Positions 60,069-64,000 of a DNA stretch of 64,000 nt are shown here, one piece after another. Under the pieces are notes generated by a model. It ran no database searches, was not told where the DNA came from, and saw only the letters and a program-made list of their open reading frames with translations. Every line of letters begins with the position of its first letter. Position 1 is the stretch's first letter. Source of the DNA: a virus. The position numbers and the translations under genes are program-made. The stretch lies in the IMG/VR virus record IMGVR_UViG_3300042878_001826, positions 32,001 through 96,000 of that record; one strand, 5' to 3'.

Positions 60069-60311
60069 TTATTTTTTTAAAGTCTCGTCAATCTTGATGT
60101 CTCTCTCAATCGCTTCTTTATTTTGATGATACCAAATTCTAAAGTCACATCCGTAGTAGATGAACTCTTTGATAGTTTTACCATCTTCTTCATATTCAGC
60201 ACAACAAGTTTGACCAAACATGAATCTACTAAAACTTTCTTTCCAGATATCCGGAATTTCAGAATCTTTGATGTCTCTACCTTCTTCGTATATTTCTTTT
60301 AGATTTTTCAT
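60069..60311 (-). CDS. Hypothetical protein with C-terminal RDIKIDETL motif
   Basis: Tandem TAnnTTTG boxes at 60338..60331 and 60358..60351. Confidence 0.7.
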   Translation of the reverse strand: MKNLKEIYEEGRDIKDSEIPDIWKESFSRFMFGQTCCAEYEEDGKTIKEFIYYGCDFRIWYHQNKEAIERDIKIDETLKK

Positions 60312-60358
60312 GTACTTTTCTTTTAGTCTACAAATATACGGATTTTATTTCAAAGATA

Positions 60359-60961
60359 TTATCTTTTTATGAAATTGTCTAATATTATGAACGTGTCTCT
60401 TTTATTTTCTGGATGAAAAAGAAGTCCGTATCTTTTTTTAGAATCACTTAGTATTGCAGCAATCTTTCCGTTTATTGTTGCATGAACTTCAAATTCTTTA
60501 GGACAATCGATAGGATTATCGTTGAACGCAAACGAAACAGGAGTTGAATCTAAATCTATTCCTTCAAAAAGCCAATGTTCTTTTATGTTGCCTAATATAG
60601 ATTCTCCTATAGTAAGTTCAGTTCCACTATTTACCTTTGCACCATAGTGTATTGCCATGGTCTGCATACCAAAACATATACCTAATAAAGGACAGTCTAG
60701 TTTATCCATTGCCAACGCGGCCAAAGAATAGTCGTCTTTGTTTGCTCTATAGTCAGATCCGGTTGATATAGCACATAATATTTTTTCTGCACCCAAAATT
60801 TCATTTAGCTTCGCCACATCGTCCACTACAATGTGTTCGATATTCCTATCTTTTAGATAAAGAACTATGTTTTCTAAATACTTTTTTTCAGGTGGTTTAC
60901 TGTTATCTATTACTAACACCTTTCCTATATCAAAACTTTCAAATCTTTTTATCCATCTCAT
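60359..60961 (-). CDS. Class I glutamine amidotransferase-like protein with capsid-targeting-like N-terminus
   Basis: LLGICFGMQ nucleophile elbow, FHPE; starts MRWIKRFESF; TAATATATA-N4-ATG. Confidence 0.85.
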   Translation of the reverse strand: MRWIKRFESFDIGKVLVIDNSKPPEKKYLENIVLYLKDRNIEHIVVDDVAKLNEILGAEKILCAISTGSDYRANKDDYSLAALAMDKLDCPLLGICFGMQTMAIHYGAKVNSGTELTIGESILGNIKEHWLFEGIDLDSTPVSFAFNDNPIDCPKEFEVHATINGKIAAILSDSKKRYGLLFHPENKRDTFIILDNFIKR

Positions 60962-61007
60962 ATACTATATATTATTTATATGAAATAAAAAAAGAGCCGA
61001 AGCTCTT

Positions 61008-61166
61008 TTATTTGTTTTCTTTTATTTGCTCTACACCGTAGAATATCATTAGTTCATCTATCCATCTTTTTATGATAGCCGCCTTTTCATATTCCTCAAT
61101 CTCTACTACATAATCTAATCTCATTTTTAAAAAGACTATATCGTATGGTAAATCTTCGTTTTTCAT
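61008..61166 (-). CDS. Small UVR (UvrB/C)-motif protein (likely start MKNEDL)
   Basis: LDYVVEIEEYEKAAIIKRWIDEL; hairpin AAAAGAGC-CGAA-GCTCTTTT downstream. Confidence 0.68.
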   Translation of the reverse strand: MKNEDLPYDIVFLKMRLDYVVEIEEYEKAAIIKRWIDELMIFYGVEQIKENK

Positions 61167-61167
61167 T

Positions 61168-62391
61168 TTAGTCCCAAATATCGTCGCAGTATCCGTAGTT
61201 GTCTGCGTAGTCATTTACATTTTTACCTTTGTACTCTCCTAAGTCTCCACCATTTGAGTAGTCTAACTCTGGTAAGAACTCTAACAAATCGTTTCGAGTA
61301 CATTCAGTTTTGTGCTCACCATTTTTGTAGTAAGCAGTAAGGTTCATTCCATCCCACTCTACACTTATATATTCAATGTCAAGAGATTTCAACAAGTCTT
61401 CGATAAGAGATTTCTCATACTCTTTTCGGTCTTTACAAAGGTCTACTTTCACTACTTTTTTAGTAGTGGCATTTATTTCAATGTTAGAAACATAACCGTA
61501 CTTATTGTCGTAGAACCAGATTGGCTCTATTTTATCTACTGGTTTTCCCCAGTTAGAAGTTTTTGATCTACTGTAGTCGTAGTCGTATTCATCATCATCG
61601 TATCCACCTCGACTCCAACCACCGTAAGACCCGTAAGAAGATCCGTAAGATTTGTACTCTGTTGTTTTTGGGTCACGTTCTACCGGTAATGCGTTCCAAT
61701 CTACTTTCAAACAAGCTTCTGCAAGTTTAGTTAAGTGTTCAATATCTTGTTTCTCAGAAAATGTGTGCTCGTTTTGGTAACCTACTGATATGTTTGTACA
61801 CTCAGCATAGATACTTACAAACTGAACAGAGTCAGTTAAGATACCTGTGTCGTCATTTTCGTATTTGAAAGTAGAGTCTACATCGTTTAAAGCTTTTGCT
61901 AAAGCAGAACCGAATGTATCAGAGCAACATCTAGCACCACTTTGGTAAGTAATGATTGAGTTATTACCTCTACGGTCGAAAGATATTACTTTGTTGATAC
62001 CTTCAATCTTATTTTCTTTTTGAACAGTTGCAACTTTTCTAGAACCGATACAACCAACTTCTTCACCTAAGAAGAAGTAATAAAGTCCTGCTATGTTATT
62101 CTCAATCATATTAAGCATGATTGCAACACCAGCTTTATCATCTGCACCTAAGATAGATTTACCATCAGTTTTGATTATATTTCCTTCGAATACGTGAGTA
62201 ACATCCGTAAGTGCAGAAGTGGCAGTATCTAAGTGAGCAGTAAACATAACGTCGCTCTCACCTATTTTGATAAACAAGTTTCCGAACTCGTCAGCTTGAA
62301 GACCTTCACCTAAAAGTGGAAAGATCTCAGACTCAGTCCCGTGTGGGTATGTTCTGCTTGTCAATTCTAAAAACTTATCTTTAATATTCAT
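61168..62391 (-). CDS. Zn-dependent M20/M28 family peptidase-like protein (likely start MNIKDK)
   Basis: AHLDT, LGADDKAG, GEEVG, SFDRRG, NISVGYQNEHT; TATCTTTG box at 62421..62414. Confidence 0.85.
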   Translation of the reverse strand: MNIKDKFLELTSRTYPHGTESEIFPLLGEGLQADEFGNLFIKIGESDVMFTAHLDTATSALTDVTHVFEGNIIKTDGKSILGADDKAGVAIMLNMIENNIAGLYYFFLGEEVGCIGSRKVATVQKENKIEGINKVISFDRRGNNSIITYQSGARCCSDTFGSALAKALNDVDSTFKYENDDTGILTDSVQFVSIYAECTNISVGYQNEHTFSEKQDIEHLTKLAEACLKVDWNALPVERDPKTTEYKSYGSSYGSYGGWSRGGYDDDEYDYDYSRSKTSNWGKPVDKIEPIWFYDNKYGYVSNIEINATTKKVVKVDLCKDRKEYEKSLIEDLLKSLDIEYISVEWDGMNLTAYYKNGEHKTECTRNDLLEFLPELDYSNGGDLGEYKGKNVNDYADNYGYCDDIWD

Positions 62392-62481
62392 CTTGCTTAT
62401 TTTATTTGTTTTACAAAGATATGGATAAATAAAGTTATTAACAAATATTTTAAATAGATTTTCTTTTTTAATATATACTCT

Positions 62482-64000
62482 ATGCAACAAAATTCTGACC
62501 TTCTAAACGGAACAATACAAATATTCGACAAGTTCGATATTGGTGCGACACAATCTGGTGATTACAATTTCACACCTACATTTCCTTCTATAGGAAGTGA
62601 ATACATATTGACATTCGATAATCTGACGAATGTAATAAAGTTTGAGAAGTTTCAATACGACACGCTTGGAATGACAAGTGAAAGGTTCTTAAATAACTTT
62701 TATAGAATATCAAGAGACAAAACAAACTGGAGTGCATGGCTTCCTTTAAATAGGAATATTGAAAACTTTCCTGTAATCGATCCTAACGATCCACTTTACT
62801 TAGATATTAAATGGGTAAGAGCAGGAAGTTCTACTATAGGAACTATCAGACTTTTAGAATATGCAATCGAAGGCAAACTTAATAGAGTTGTAGTAGATGA
62901 CGGAAGTGTAGTTCAGGTTCCTCCTGGAAAGACTTTGATAATGAAAGCACCTTTTATCTATAAAGTATTCTCTGTAAACGATATTGAAATATTGTCTGGA
63001 TCAGACCTTTCTAATACAATAATAAAATACAGATACTCACAAGATAATGAAAGAACATGGTCTGAGTGGGAATTGTTCACAAAAGAAAACGTAACCACTA
63101 CAAGAATAAATCCTATTAGATTCTTTCAAGTAGAATATTCTATACACAACAACTCTGGCTCTAACATATCGATACAAGATATCAATATAATAGGTGATGT
63201 TCAAAATGTTAGTAAAGACTATTTCAAATCTAACCTTATGGGAATAAGAGAATGTTGTACTTCTAATATGACAGGATATACTGATGCTAATGGAAACTTC
63301 GTGGCTAGTACTGGTGCAAATGTTGGGGCTGGAGGAAATACACTTGGTGGAAGTGGAGTAGGTGGTGGTAGTGCATGTGCAACCGATGGTAATGGAAGTT
63401 CTCTTCCTAAGATGACAAGTGAGGACAAAGCAGGACTTTATAATCCCTATCAACAAAACACTGCTATGGATCTTCTTACTAAACTTAGTACGGACGCACA
63501 GGAAGTATTTGGACACGCGACTATATACTTCTGTACCGATCCTGATAAGAAAGGACAAGATCACACAATGCATGAGTATCAACTATTCAATGTAGTATGT
63601 GAAGGAAACATAAAAGTATCTGTTGATAATAATGCATTCCCGGATAGTCAGATAGTAATGAATCAATTTGATTTGAATCTATTTGAACAAATGGAAGTAC
63701 ATATAACGAAACAAGCATTCAAAGAAATATTTGGACCTCAAAGAAGACCTTCGAAAGAAGACTTTTTATATTTCTGTAATCTTAATAGAATGTATCAGGT
63801 AGATCACGCACAACAATTTAGAAACTTTAACAATGCTGCGGTGTACTACAAACTACATCTGAAAAAATACAGTCAAAAAGCAAACGTCAGGGCAGGTACT
63901 GCAGATATTGCAGATACACTTAAAAATCTTACTAAGAACACAACTCTTGATGAACTTATGGGAATCGAGATGGCTCAAGATAAAGCGGCCATCGCTAACA
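62482..64000 (+). CDS. Large virion protein containing a T4 gp14-like neck domain (runs off window end; not in ORF track)
   Basis: Manual translation MQQNSDLLNGTIQIFDKF.. stays open to the window end. Later part EVFGHATIYF..DPD..HEY..NQFDLNLFEQMEVHITKQAFKEIFG..RPSKEDFLYF..RMYQV..YYKLHLKKY resembles gp14. TAATATATA-N4-ATG upstream. Confidence 0.7.
   Translation, partial: MQQNSDLLNGTIQIFDKFDIGATQSGDYNFTPTFPSIGSEYILTFDNLTNVIKFEKFQYDTLGMTSERFLNNFYRISRDKTNWSAWLPLNRNIENFPVIDPNDPLYLDIKWVRAGSSTIGTIRLLEYAIEGKLNRVVVDDGSVVQVPPGKTLIMKAPFIYKVFSVNDIEILSGSDLSNTIIKYRYSQDNERTWSEWELFTKENVTTTRINPIRFFQVEYSIHNNSGSNISIQDINIIGDVQNVSKDYFKSNLMGIRECCTSNMTGYTDANGNFVASTGANVGAGGNTLGGSGVGGGSACATDGNGSSLPKMTSEDKAGLYNPYQQNTAMDLLTKLSTDAQEVFGHATIYFCTDPDKKGQDHTMHEYQLFNVVCEGNIKVSVDNNAFPDSQIVMNQFDLNLFEQMEVHITKQAFKEIFGPQRRPSKEDFLYFCNLNRMYQVDHAQQFRNFNNAAVYYKLHLKKYSQKANVRAGTADIADTLKNLTKNTTLDELMGIEMAQDKAAIAN

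Overview
This AT-rich, gene-dense window (standard genetic code) is best explained as part of a large (jumbo/huge) T4-like myophage infecting a Bacteroidota host, probably Flavobacteriia. Phage markers: gp13-like and gp14-like neck proteins, a gp3-like tail terminator, gp32-like SSB, Rnl1-like RNA ligase, gp57B/Acb1-like 2H phosphoesterase and DUF1566/LamG/DUF285 adhesin-type proteins. Host marker: eleven TAnnTTTG (-7 box) promoter sites. Auxiliary cargo: DnaK (partial), GrpE, DnaJ, N-domain-less ClpC, NrdB, AhcY next to a C5 DNA methyltransferase, a three-gene two-component operon, a 10 kb GDP-fucose/amino-sugar glycosylation locus and a dispersed RNA-repair/ribosome-rescue kit. The most interesting patterns span many genes: (1) about 10 unrelated proteins share an N-terminal MK(Y/H)LKxF/Y(N)E tag resembling the T4 capsid-targeting sequence; (2) about 11 unrelated small proteins share an R-[DEK]-x-x-[IL]-x-x-[IL]-[LI] motif, mostly at the C-terminus; (3) a TAATATATA-N4-ATG element suggests leaderless late transcripts, alongside two other promoter classes. 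No tRNA, rRNA, CRISPR array or transposase was recognised. All calls come from reading motifs by eye; no database search was run.
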